A stretch of DNA of 64,000 nucleotides, from positions 1 through 64,000 of the forward strand of contig JNEM01011165.1 of NCBI GenBank assembly GCA_000697335.1, given 5' to 3'. The stretch's first letter is position 1. Every line of letters starts with the position of its first letter. This document shows positions 27,747 to 40,706 of this stretch, in pieces. A program made the position numbers and the translations under genes. Origin of the DNA: Conidiobolus incongruus B7586 (Eukaryota). The notes beneath the pieces were generated by a model that was not told the DNA's origin, did not search any database, and saw only the letters and a program-made list of their open reading frames with translations.

Positions 27747-28388
27747 ATGAGAGTTTTTAGCTATTTGTGCTCAGTTACTGTTTTGGTTTCCTTCGCCATG
27801 GCCCATATGGAGATTCAGAATCCTCCTCCACGCAAGTCCCAATATAGCAAATATTATCAGCAGATTGATGACATCGACTGGGATCTTAACACTCCATTAG
27901 GTGACGAAACTGGTTACAATTATCCTTATCCCTGCCGTGGCGCTCCTCAGGGTCCACCTCAAGGTAATTACACTGCAGGATCCACCATCAACGTCAAATT
28001 CCTCAAAGTAGAATCTTCCAATATCCATGATGGAGGCCATTGCCAATTTGGTATCTCTTATGACAATGGTAAAACCGTAGCAGTATTAAGTACAGTGATC
28101 AGGAGATGCTTTCTCGATGGTCTTACCTTCCCTGTTACCATTCCCGCTGGAGCTGCTCCAAGTGACAAAGCAGTATTAGTATGGGCTTGGATCAATGCTG
28201 TAGGCAATCGTGAGTACTATTCAAACTGTGTAGATATTAAGATAACTGGCGGTAATCCTAGCGGAAGTATCACAGGTCCCGAGTTGTTGATTGGCAATCT
28301 TCCAGGATACCCTAGATTCCCCGAGTTTTATGAAGGAGATCGTAGAGAGCTCTTCGATAAGAGGCCTATTATAACTATCAAACCATGA
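27747..28388 (+). CDS. Secreted AA11-like LPMO, copy 2
   Basis: Same His-brace motifs as copy 1; signal peptide ends SFAMA before His1. Confidence 0.85.
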   Translation: MRVFSYLCSVTVLVSFAMAHMEIQNPPPRKSQYSKYYQQIDDIDWDLNTPLGDETGYNYPYPCRGAPQGPPQGNYTAGSTINVKFLKVESSNIHDGGHCQFGISYDNGKTVAVLSTVIRRCFLDGLTFPVTIPAGAAPSDKAVLVWAWINAVGNREYYSNCVDIKITGGNPSGSITGPELLIGNLPGYPRFPEFYEGDRRELFDKRPIITIKP

Positions 28389-28939
28389 ATCAATGAAATT
28401 TATTGATTTGAAATCACATAAACTATTTAAAAACTCTATTTACTCGAGATTTAATAATTGAAATATATTGTATTAATATGATAGTTTAAAATAAATTTAT
28501 TAACAAATAGCTATGATAATATTCATATTATATTATCAATATATGATTCCATCTACAAATTATCCAATTTCATGAATTTTGAAATCAACCATTTTAAAAA
28601 TTTAGATTAAATACAATGATTTCTTAATAATACCTTATAAATATACCGAATATGGTAAAATTCAATTTCACATAATTAAAATTGTAAAGTATTTCAATAA
28701 TCATTTAATAAATCGAATATTTAATTTTATTAAATTTGTTTATTAAATTTTTAATTAAAGTTAATGAATTTCATTTCCCTTGAATTATATAATTTGATCC
28801 AAAGTGTATATTACTATCAAATTGCATTGAATTTATGACTGCTCTTTAAACTCCTGATAGGATATCGTGGCACTATCATTCGTTTTAATAAGTTATACAT
28901 CTCTTTATGTTAAATCAATTTAATTAAAAATTTACCATT

Positions 28940-29580
28940 ATGAGAGTTTTTAGCTATTTATGCTCAGTCACTGTTTTGGTTTCCTTCGCTATGGCCCATA
29001 TGGAAATTCAAAGTCTTCCTCCTCGTTAATCCCAGTATAGCAAGTACTATCAACAGACCAATAATGTCGATGGGGATCTTTACGCTCGATTGGGCAATGA
29101 ATTTGGCTGCGGTTATCCTTATCCATGTCATGATGCAAAGCAGGGTCCACCTCAAGGTAATTACACGATGGATTAACTATCAATGTTGAATTCCTAAATG
29201 TGGTTTCATGAAATATACACGATGGAGACCATTAGTAATTTGGTATCTTTTACGATAATAGTAAAACTGTAGCTGTTTTGAATACGATTATCAGAAAGTG
29301 TTTCCTTGATGGCCTCAAGTTCTCAGTAACTATTCCCGCTGATGCTCCTCCAACTGATAAAGCAGCATTGGTATGGTCTTGGATCAATGCTGTAGGAAAT
29401 CGTGAACACTACTCCAACTGTTTAGATATCAAGATCACAGGTGACAGTCCCAATGGAGGAATAACAGGTCCTCAACTGTCAATTGGAAATCTTGCAAGAT
29501 ATCCCAGATCTTCAGGATTTCATCAATGAGATTGTAGAGAGCTATTTGATCAGAGAAACGTTATCACTGTTAAGCCATAA
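28940..29580 (+). pseudogene. AA11-like LPMO pseudogene, copy 3
   Basis: Colinear with copies 1 and 2, but has TAA at 29027-29029, a 1-nt deletion near 29167, and further in-frame stops (TGA, TAG-TAA replacing the CQ of HCQ, TGA near 29527). Confidence 0.92.
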
Positions 29581-29920
29581 TTGGAGCAGTTTGACTAGTT
29601 CGAATAACATTTAAAAAAGTATTACAAAAACTATTTTATCAATAAATTGAATTTTAATATAAACAAAAAATTTATTATACAATCTATTTTTTCAAACTCT
29701 AATGTAAAATTCATATTATTCAAGTTCATTAATTATTATACAGGAACGAGATTACTTTAAAATTTAATTGAATATATAAAGTTTATATTTCTGAAATCAA
29801 ATTTTAATTACAAAACGAAATATAAAATAGTTATTATAAAATATATGAAGATGATAAAAATAATTAGAATATTTTTGAAAGAATCTATTAATGAAAGACA
29901 TATGGATCCAAATAAAAAAA

Positions 29921-29992
29921 CTCTCCGACTGGGAATTGAACCCAGGTCACCCGCGTGACAGGCGGGTATACTCACCACTATACTATCGAAGA
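29921..29992 (-). tRNA. tRNA-Asp(GUC)
   Basis: TCTTCGATAGTATAGTGGTGAGTATACCCGCCTGTCACGCGGGTGACCTGGGTTCAATTCCCAGTCGGAGAG cloverleaf followed by a T-run terminator. Confidence 0.95.
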
Positions 29993-30851
29993 CTAATCAG
30001 CAACTCACTTGATTTAATATTGTTAAGTTTTTTAATACAATATTTTGTACTATTCCAAATTCCTGATTATAATTCTTTCTATTTTCCAATCCGCATATAC
30101 ATACTTTCCTCTTAATTTTTTTTTCAAATTTTGCACTTTAAATTTACTCTCTTTATTTTATTATATTTAATTTTTATATTTTATATCTTAATCTATGTAA
30201 AAACATATTTTTATTACACGTTAAAAATGGCTATTTTTCTTTTCTATAATATTTTACATTTTTAACACATTCTTGATTTAATCAAACTCAATAATATAGC
30301 AACTGATTAAAAAATTCAGAGAATTATGATGATAATCAATATAATTCAATATAATAAATTATATTCCAATTTTTTCCAATTTAAATCATAAAATCAGAAT
30401 CATAAAACTTATTTTCACTAAATTTATTGTAAAGCTTCAATGTGCGAATATATAACCTCAGTTCAATATTTTAGAAAAAAATATAATTAAATAAATTTTC
30501 AGAAGAAAATTACAAGTAAATATCAAAATTATATCGAACATCGCGAATACATAATTTAATTTAATTATTCTGTTATCTTACTATTTTTAAAGCTAAATAT
30601 TAATTAATATTATGCAAGCAATCAAATAACATAATCATTTAAACTGGAAAAAAACTTTCCAAACAAAATGTAAATTTTAAGAATTTGAAAAAATCAACAA
30701 GATGCCACAAACATTGATATTACCTGTCATAAATAAATTAAATTCGCCATTAGGCAATACATCCGTATTAGGTTAATTGAAAACCAATATAAATACTCTT
30801 TCTTTCAAACTCATAAGTAACTATTTGCAAATATCTCAATATATACACATT

Positions 30852-31208
30852 ATGAAATTATCTGTTGCTTATATTATTAGTGGTTTGACACTTGTTCAAG
30901 TTTCTCAGGGTACTCCAGTTCTAGAAAAAAGACTGTTTGCAGGCGGTAACGGTCCAAATATCCAATTCCCAGAATCATTTGGTAAAACTGGTGGCGCTTG
31001 GTTCGCTAATCCTTTCCAAGTGTTCATGAATATGCTCCAAGGCAAGAACATCGGTAAATCAATTGAGGATAGTGCTCAATTTGTTCAATTCCCTGGTCCA
31101 GGCCTTCCATCACCACAAATGAACATGAATCAAGCTCAAGATAGTGGAAATAGTCAACCACAACAAAATACTCAAGGCGGAGGTGATAGTGGAGGCCATC
31201 AACATTGA
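30852..31208 (+). CDS. Small secreted Gly/Gln-rich protein with a Kex2-type site (LEKR)
   Basis: TATAAATA at ~30789 supports a start at 30852 (MKLSVAY). Signal peptide, TPVLEKR, then PNIQFP and GGAWFANPF. Confidence 0.75.
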   Translation: MKLSVAYIISGLTLVQVSQGTPVLEKRLFAGGNGPNIQFPESFGKTGGAWFANPFQVFMNMLQGKNIGKSIEDSAQFVQFPGPGLPSPQMNMNQAQDSGNSQPQQNTQGGGDSGGHQH

Positions 31209-33428
31209 AGTTTTCAATTTTTGTAATAAATATTGTACTAAATTATTAATAGGATACAAAACACCTTCATTAAAATAATTTATCATTAAACCTCATCAAA
31301 ATACTTTTGTCAATAACTTAAAAATTATTCAATTAAAACCTTAAAATTGATATAAAAGAAAAAATATATATATTGATATAATTATATTCACTATTTAGAT
31401 AATAATAATAAATATAATTTTAAATACTTCAATATTAAATAATATAAAATTTTGATACTTTAACTCCATATATTAAACATTATTGATTTAGTTTAATATA
31501 ATGCAAAAAGTTGTTTATATTATAAAATACATTTAGAAACTAATGTTCAATTCAGATTTAGTAACATATTTTGAAAATTTTACAAATAGATAACAAACGA
31601 ATTTGATAAAGATTATAATTTGGTTTTGAATGTATAATTATTTTGGATAATTAATATAGTATTTGTATAGTTTAATAGTAGAGATCGTTGAATATTATTT
31701 AACATAAATATATAGTCATCATAATAATATATTCAAAATATAGTCCATATATACTGATTGGAAATATATAATATTAAAGTTTATCATTTTCAGTGAATAA
31801 TGAAAATTCTCAATTTTCAATTTTCAACTTTAAAATTTTTTCAACGATTTTTACTATTTAAATATATTTTTTATAAAAATATTTTTATGAATTAATGAGT
31901 TATAAAAATAAATTTATTCAAATAGCTGAATTGTTTATAAACAAGTTGAAAGTATTGTTATAATATTTTAATAATAATCAATTTATTATCCAAATAGAGA
32001 AATTTTAGATTATAATTAATTATATCAAGAAAATAAGCAATTTTTTTTCAAATATGTTGTGATTAGTTTAATTTATTTAATAATAACACAAGGTTGGGTC
32101 GATATAATTTCAATAATTAATATTTATTAAAATAAGATCCAAGATTTAACCTAATTTTATATATTAGATTAAAGCACTGTTCAAACCTTAGACAATGACA
32201 CTACAATGTAAATAATCATCATGTATTTAAACTTGTTTACGTTCTAATACGATTATAATTTTTTATAATAATATTTTAAATTTCTATTTCAGTTTAATGT
32301 ATTCATATTTATATAATCCTACTTACAATATTGCTTGTACTTAGTAAATTTACATAAATAATATTTTAACCAATTATTAATTGATTAGCTATTTTAGTGA
32401 TTTATTATGAATAATTTTAATACTTTTTCTGATCAATAACATATTTTATAAATTTGATGTTTAAATAACAAGTAATAGCAATTGTCAGTTTCTTTAACCG
32501 GTTTTATTTTCCTGTTGAGCTATATACAAACCTTTGCATCATTTTAAAAATAGCTTAATTATTAAGTCTCAGACTAATAGGGTAATATTATGAAATAATA
32601 TTTTCTCAAAGAAAAATATCAATATTCATTCCATAGATTCGAGTATTTAAATTTAAAATTTCTTGGAATTATTAAAGATTTATATATTTTTAATATATGT
32701 GTAGAGGTAATTTATTTGTCAAAAAATGTTTACTTGATGGATGTATTCAGGATTCAAATAGTTTTGTATATATTCATGAAGTTAAGAACACTTCTTTGAA
32801 TACCTTGAACAACGTTTAAGTTGACTCTTTTTCAAAGCGCGAGTTGATCGTATTTGTATTCAAATATCGGGTTGATTTACAATCTGAACTTTTCATTTTT
32901 TATGATTTAAATTACTTGAAAAGTTTTATATAAACAATTTAATTTGAATACTATATTCAAATAAAGGAAAGAAATGGTCACTACTAAATAATAACTAGAG
33001 AATCCATTTATATTCTAATCAATATATTAATTATTACAAATCACTTTATTTAAAATAATGTACTAACTTTGATATTTCGATAATAATAAGATTTTTAAAT
33101 ATACAAATATCTCAATATTTGATGATTTTTATAAATCTGAATACGCCACCGATCATTGTATGAAAAATCCAAGAATTTCATCTACCCGAATATTCCAATT
33201 CATCACGTTAACGCCTCTATATAATTTTGAACAAATTAAAGATTCTAAAATATTGATAATGTTAGTGTAACATGTCAATTCAATATCAAGCACTTACATA
33301 ATCAACTGGATTCATTTAGTTCATTGGCAACTATTGGCAATTATTAATAAATTACCAGAATATATAAAGAGATAAAGGTCTCTGTAATCTCACTAAATTT
33401 TTATATTTCTTATTCATTACTAGCAGAT

Positions 33429-33722
33429 ATGAAATTAGAAATTCTACAATTAATAGCACTCAGTGCACTGCCCAATCAATATTTATCCTCACCTGTAGAT
33501 CTAGAAAGACGATTAATTAGCCCAAATATTCAATTCCCATCCCAAATGGGAACTGGAACATTTAAACCTGGTGATACCGTAGGAGGAGGTTTCTTCTTCA
33601 ATCCCTTCGCTGCATTAAACCCTGGAGGTGGAGGTCTCTTTGGGGATGTTTTCAATTTCTATAGATTTACTAGAGGTGAAAACGGTGGAGTAGATGTGAA
33701 TAAAGTTAATGGTAGTGGTTAA
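33429..33722 (+). CDS. Small secreted Gly/Phe-rich protein with a Kex2-type site (LERR); paralog of 30852-31208
   Basis: TATATAAA at 33361. Signal-like N-terminus, SPVDLERR, then PNIQFP and GGGFFFNPF shared with the paralog. Confidence 0.75.
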   Translation: MKLEILQLIALSALPNQYLSSPVDLERRLISPNIQFPSQMGTGTFKPGDTVGGGFFFNPFAALNPGGGGLFGDVFNFYRFTRGENGGVDVNKVNGSG

Positions 33723-36700
33723 ATTGATATGAATAATCTTAATGAAATAAATATTGAATATCAAATGTAATTGTCTTTTGAGTTTGTATATATTATGAAT
33801 TAGAGCAAATAATGTATTAATGTAAATCACATGATTTTAATTAAACCCTCTAGTTTTCAAAATAATTTTATTCAGTTATGCTCTATATGAAACTAATAAA
33901 ATGAAAATTTAAATCTTTATATAATATATTATATTCTTGATAAATATTCATTATTATTAAAATATTAGAGTAAAAGTTTAAATAAACTTAAATATATATA
34001 ACTCAACGTTCAAAATATACTTTAATATTTTATATTTACTATTCAATTAACTTGGTTCCAATTTGTTAATCATAAATGGATCATATTTGTAGAAATAAAT
34101 TCGAAGCAAATATTATTGCAATGATATTATTATATTGTGATATAAAATAGTAGTGACTTTACATTTGGAAATACGATATTAGTGTATTCAATAATGTTTT
34201 ACATATTAACAGAAAAGTAAGTTAGAAATTTAATTGTTTGAATAATTAGCCTTCAAATTAGTAACTTTTGGTGTTCCAAACTACTTTTTTGATGACATTT
34301 TGTATACTTTAATAATGTAAAAAAATTTGAATTTTCATTTCATCCTATAACTAAGATTATATAATTTGTATTATTGGAATTATATTATTTATTTTCTTTA
34401 GCTTTAAATTTTCTCAAGTTGTTTTTTAATAATAAAATTCATATGTGATTTGGACTAGTATTATTATAAAATTCTTTGTATATTTTTATATTTTCAAATA
34501 ATAATTGAAATACTATTGACCAAGCTCAACATTATCTTTTATGCAGATACCTATTTGAATCAGCAAACTATTAAAGAAGATTTATTATGGTTTGAGAGAT
34601 ATAAACCATACTATATTATGAATCAGTGTGATATGTTTAAAATATTTCTTCCTTGTTATAATTTGAATTATTGTTTGGTTTAATAATCAATGAATACAAT
34701 ATTGGGATACAGTGATATAATAATATCTGGGTAATCTGAATAGTGTTAATTTTATATGACTAATATTCATATGATAAAACAAAATATAAATATAATATTT
34801 GAATTTTCAAAACCTATTAAAATATATTTAGTGAAAATTATATTAATATTTAACGGTGGAATTGAGTTTGTCCGTTCAAAATTTTAATTATGCCGAAAAT
34901 AATATTGGCTGGAACCTTTTGGAGTTATTATAATTGAGCGAGAAAAATTACTGACCAGAGGTTAATAAAATTTTTATCAATTTTATAAAAATTCGGAGAA
35001 ATAGTTTATATCGGCTTCAATATCTTTATGAAATTAATAAACTTTCACACCATATTAATCAATTTAAAATATAATTAGTTTATATTGATTTTATATTTCA
35101 ATATTTATTTACTAATGTATTACATATTATTACAGTAGAGCCATCTATTTCTCAGTGATTTCTCAGAATTATTAAATCAACTTTCTACAACAATCCATTG
35201 TAAAGTTTTGTAACGTAGCGAATTTAAATGAATTGAAAAATTTAGATATTTTAAAATCAAGCTGTTATATTGGTATTTCTGAAACTATTATTATAATGTA
35301 GTCCAAATAAATTATAATTTTTTTAATCAAGATTACATATTAAAATAATTATAAAATTCTGAAATAAATAACAGGGATCTAAAATCAAAACAATGAATTT
35401 CATTTGAAAATAATAAAAAATAAATTGAGAATGTATTGTTATTAAGCTGTGAAATATGGAAATTAATTTTATTTGTAAAATCATGCTAGGTTATAATTGA
35501 AAAATATCATAACATCAAAAAGATTTCATTCCCAAAATTGAAAATAAAAAATATAGTAGTTTGAGTCAAAGTTCCACTATAAGTAATACACTTAAATTAG
35601 TAACTTGTAAACATTTGAAATGATTTTCTAGTTTAATGAACTTGATATTATACTATCAAAATACTAAAAATAGCCAATTCAGGAAATTTAAAAGTTATGA
35701 AAATACCCGAAAACTAAATGTTTGTTGTACCGAGTTCAAATTTTGAGTGAATTTTAATATCAAAAAATTTTGATAAATGGATATAATTTGAAAATTTGGA
35801 GTATTGCAACTTATTATTTATAATATATTAAAAATTTTTTTCATTTATCATAATCAATAAGAGATTGAATTGATATGTATTACATTGAATCAGAATAATA
35901 ATAAAATAATTATTTCCATGGTGAGTAAATTTATAGTTGTAAATCATTTCATATAACTTGATTGCTGATATTTATCAATTATATTTTCAGCTGAATATTA
36001 GTTATATTAAATTAGTACAGATCCTGTACTAATACAAATATTGACTTTTTTATCATCTTAAAGTTATATTTACCAATAAACTTGTGATTTTACGTTAAAA
36101 TTGGTTATTTAAACAATTCTATTATAAAGTTAATTATTTTTAAATTAATTCAAAATGTGATAAAATTCAACGTGTTTCATATGATAACTTAATTTATAAC
36201 ATTTTATATTCTTTTATTAATCAGTTTAATAGAACTTATAATATATTGATGATATCTGCCGAAAAATATATTTATATATATAGAATTGTAAATAATCATC
36301 TATTTATTACAATATATATCTCATTGTATTGTTGCATATTCCTTCAAAATTTCAAATTTTTAAAACAATGGTTCATTTTGAATATAATTTTTAAATGTAG
36401 TATAGTACGCTCCATTACATGAAAAATATTTCTTAAACTGGCAATACAATTCCTAATATAATATATTTTCAGGGATATTTTAAGGATCTGGGATTTATTA
36501 TTCTTGTTACAATAACATTAATATAATTTAAAAGCATATAACATTTTATTTTTATTTTTTAGTTTCAAAATAATTTGATAATTTTGTTGAAATTCAATCC
36601 AATGAATGGATTTGAATTATTGAAAAATTTAAATATTCGAAAGAAAATTATAATTATTTAATTAAATATAGTATTACTTAATTAAAAATTATATTATTGT

Positions 36701-37095
36701 TATTATTATTTTATTGCTTCGACATTCATTATATTGTTCTACATCTAAAAATGCTCTTAAACTATTATTACCCACATTCAGATTTTACAAGTCCACCAAA
36801 TCACTTTTAAATTTTCTCATTAATCCCATAATTAAGGGGCTCACCATACAAATGGTTCCAATCATAAATTTGCTGGATTTTACAATCAAAATTTACGTGA
36901 AATTCAATTTGACCTGATATTATCACTTCAATTGATTGTGATGGGTGGCTTGATAACCATCTTATCTTAGAGTATATAAGTATCCATGATATCAATGACT
37001 GGCACAAAGGATCACTAATTAAAAATATAAAAAACATTTTATAATAATTGAAATATTAAATATTAAGGTTGATAGTGTTAAATTGAATACAGTAA

Positions 37096-38184
37096 ATGAT
37101 AGTCAATAAAGTCGCTGATATTATCTATTCTCAGCTTACAACGGGTAAGTCATTAGCTGATTTCCATTTTACTCTTGGAGAGACGATATTATCAGGATAC
37201 TATCAAACCTTGACCATATGTGCCTCATACTTGGTTGTTATTTTCACGACGCAGTACTTGATGAGAGACCATAAACCTTTCAAGCTCAAGGCCGCTTTTC
37301 AAGCTCACAACTTGTTTCTCTCTGTCCTCTCTCTTGTCATGCTTGTTGGCTTCTTGGAAGAGGTTGTACCTATGTGGTGGTCCCATGGTCTTTACTACTG
37401 CGTCTGTAACCATAGTGCATTCACCAATAGACTATCATTCTGGCTATATTTGAATTACTTGACCAAATTTTATGAACTTGGAGATACTTTATTTTTAGTC
37501 TTAATGAAGAAAGAATTGAGTAAGTACTTTAATATTTATTCTGATTAGTAATTATAATATTGTCAAGTTCCTGAAAAATAATAGATTAGATTAATTATTT
37601 GTTCCAATAATTAATTATTCACATATTTAAATTCATTTTCTTATGGATGAATAATTTATTCGAGTTTTTTAACATTATTATATTATGTCATTGGATATTA
37701 TTATTTATATTGATAAATTTAGAATTCTTACACTGGTACCACCATGCTATGACAGCTATTTTATGTCAAATTGAACTTGAAGCAAATACTCCTATCGTAA
37801 GTTCTATTTTGCAATAATTAATCCAATTTACTAATTATTATCTAGTCATGGGTCGTTGTGAGTCTCAACCTTTTTGTTCATGTAGTCATGTATTACTATT
37901 ATTTCCTCGCTTCTCTTAACATTCGAGTATGGTGGAAAAAGTATATCACAGTATTGCAAATTACTCAATTTGTCATCGATATGGCATTTGTCATTCCTGC
38001 CAGTTATATGGTCATGAATCATCTCCACTTCCCATCTCTTCCCAGTATTGGTCACTGTCACGGAACCGCTTGGGCTGCTCTATTCGGATCCGGACTCCTA
38101 TTCTCATATTTAGTACTCTTTATCCAATTTTTTATTAACACTTACAATACTCCCAAAAAATCCAAAGAAACCAAATCCAATTAA
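37096..38184 (+). CDS. Fatty acid elongase (ELO/GNS1/SUR4 family); exons 37096-37519, 37723-37796, 37846-38184
   Basis: YLTKFYELGDTLFLVL, FLHWYHH (HxxHH), NLFVHVVMYYYY, KKYITVLQITQF and SYLVLFIQFF motifs; Lys-rich C-terminus. Confidence 0.95.
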
Positions 38185-38242
38185 ATGGATTAGTGGGCTT
38201 TGGGTGTTATTATGATAGATTTTAATCGGTCATAATCAATAT

Positions 38243-38284
38243 TATATTATTATTATTATTATTATTATTACTATTACTATTATT
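38243..38284. repeat. (TAT)n / (TAC) trinucleotide microsatellite
   Basis: Visible tandem TAT units in the elongase 3' flank. Confidence 0.8.
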
Positions 38285-40178
38285 CATATATATGGCCATG
38301 ATCATTTTTCATTGTAATTTGAACATTTGTCAATTATATAATAAAATCAATCAATTATGAATATATTAATTTATACAAATTATAAAATGGTTCAGCCATA
38401 TGTATATAACTTGTTATATAACAAATATCGATTGATTAATCAGATATAATTAAAATTGTAAATGGTTTCAACATAATCTATTTAAAAAACCTAATATGAT
38501 AAGATTTGAATAGAAATGATTGTAGTGTTTATTTATTTTAGAATTGATGATTAAAAATTCATCATTTTTATTATTGAAATTATCAAATTAATAAATAATC
38601 ATTCAATTATTCGACATTAGTTTTTGGAGCAATCAATTTAAATACTCTTATCACCATAACATCCTATATGATTCCACTTAAATTACATTATTCATTATAA
38701 CTTTGATCCATTGATCCACAATAGAAATGTTATGATTTGGGTCTATCAATTTACAATTATTATTAATTTTTTGATATTACAAATAGACTAGTCTCAACAT
38801 TTTAAATTTCATTCTAAACCATTTTATTGAGTTATATTATTACCATTTCTACTACTCAAACAACTTATTTTTATGGGTGTAATTAAAATCTACATATTTG
38901 ATGTTCTAAAAATGTTAGTTGAATACAACTCATAAAATTAAAACATATCAATTTGGATATATTTATACCATTGAGTGAGGTTATTTAACCAATTCAAACA
39001 CTATTACTTTTTCTGCATATTTTATATTCCTAGAGTATCTACTGATTTAGATAAATATACTGATAATATCTTGATACTTATTATTTTGGCGTAAAATTTA
39101 TTTATATAATATTATTGTATAGAATTTATAATATACTTTTTTATAACAAAATTTTTTTATTTTCAAGTGGACACAAATATTACAATACCTCTCAACTAAT
39201 ATAATATAATGACATGAAATTGATTGGTATATTAATTAGACAACAAAGTTATAAACTAGGAAACTTGGGTCATTGATAAAAGAATATAAACGATGTAAAT
39301 ACTAGAATATTGAATTCTTTATAACATTACACTTAGTGAAACTATCAATTCAATGAGATGGAATTAGTTGGATTGGTATGAGTTATTTTAAATAGGAAAT
39401 TATATCTTATATTTAATCTTTCAATATTTTGATATATACTTCATTTTGTATTATTTTATATTCTCAATAATGTATATGTTTTTGAAAATAGTTAAATTCC
39501 CTATATAATTTTTATATGAATAATTCCTGAATAATTATAAATCCAATTAATATTAAAACTAGAATAAATTTATTAAATAATAAGGTTTACAATAAAAACG
39601 CTTATATTTATGTTAAAGTATATTGGAATTAATCAAAAAATAAAAATAAAAATTATTAAAATTCATTTAATTAGTTGATATTTTTCATATATTTTATATT
39701 TCTATATAAATGACTCTCTTATAAAAGAAAACATAACAATACTAAAAATAATGCATCAATTTGTATACCTAGTTTATTTATATCAGATTTGTGTCGATAA
39801 CTAGTTATGAAATAAAATTCAAATTGAAAATTTAACAATGTCACTACAAATTATTGAGTTTTCATTCAAATTGAACATTAACTATATTAATTGAATTATT
39901 GTTGGATTAAATTAATAAATTCAAAGATTTCTAGAGAATAAATTATTTGATATGGAGTATCTATAAAATTCAGTATTTGGTAAATATTAAATTGATTGAT
40001 TAATAATTATTTGTTTTTATGTTCATAATTTTTTATAATACAATATTTTAATATTATTATAATATAATAAAAAACAAATACATGTTAATTATTAGTTTAC
40101 TAGGGGATTAAATCAAATAATTGGTAAATTTAATTCAAAAAACAATATGATTTGATTATTAGATGGTAATTCATTGAA

Positions 40179-40706
40179 TTAATAGGTGGTGATAGAATAT
40201 TGAGATATTTTTGCGGGTACGAAAGTTGCTTCTAATCTAATATCATGGGCCTTTTCAAGGACCACTCTATCCCTAAGGGAACCATCAGCCCCATCCACCT
40301 CCCATTTTCCTCTTCAACCCTATCTACGACGACTCAATCCCGGAGATTCATCAGAATTAGCACTCAAATGCACACGCTTAAATATCCTTTCATCAGTCAA
40401 ATTAGCGGGATCAGGAACACTGGAACGAGGTCCCAAAGGAACAGGAATCGATACATTAGGAATTAGGTTAACCTTATATAGTTCAGCATTAGATCGAGCA
40501 CTCAAATCAGCAGCACTGACTCAGTAATCTAATTTGAATACTTTAAAATTGACATCTTGTCGTTGCAACTTCATCGATTCTAGATTAGTAAAAAATGCCC
40601 CAGCTCCCGCCAATTTTAAATTTTCTTTGGGTCTTCCAAGTACAATGAAATTGTTACCTAAAGTGGATGGAGCAATTCATTCTTGAACTGGATTTTGAGA
40701 TTGAAA
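40179..40706 (-). pseudogene. Decayed ORF of unknown origin (~175 codons, single frame, 3 TGA + 1 TAG)
   Basis: GC-richer island in an AT-rich background. Reads FQSQNPVQE*IAPSTLGNNFIVLGRP...FKLDY*VSAADL...RRR*G*RGKWEVDGADGSLRDRVVLEKAHDIRLEATFVP. Confidence 0.55.

Noticed and set aside
29891..30115. 74-aa plus-strand ORF
   Set aside because: Antisense read-through of the tRNA-Asp gene.
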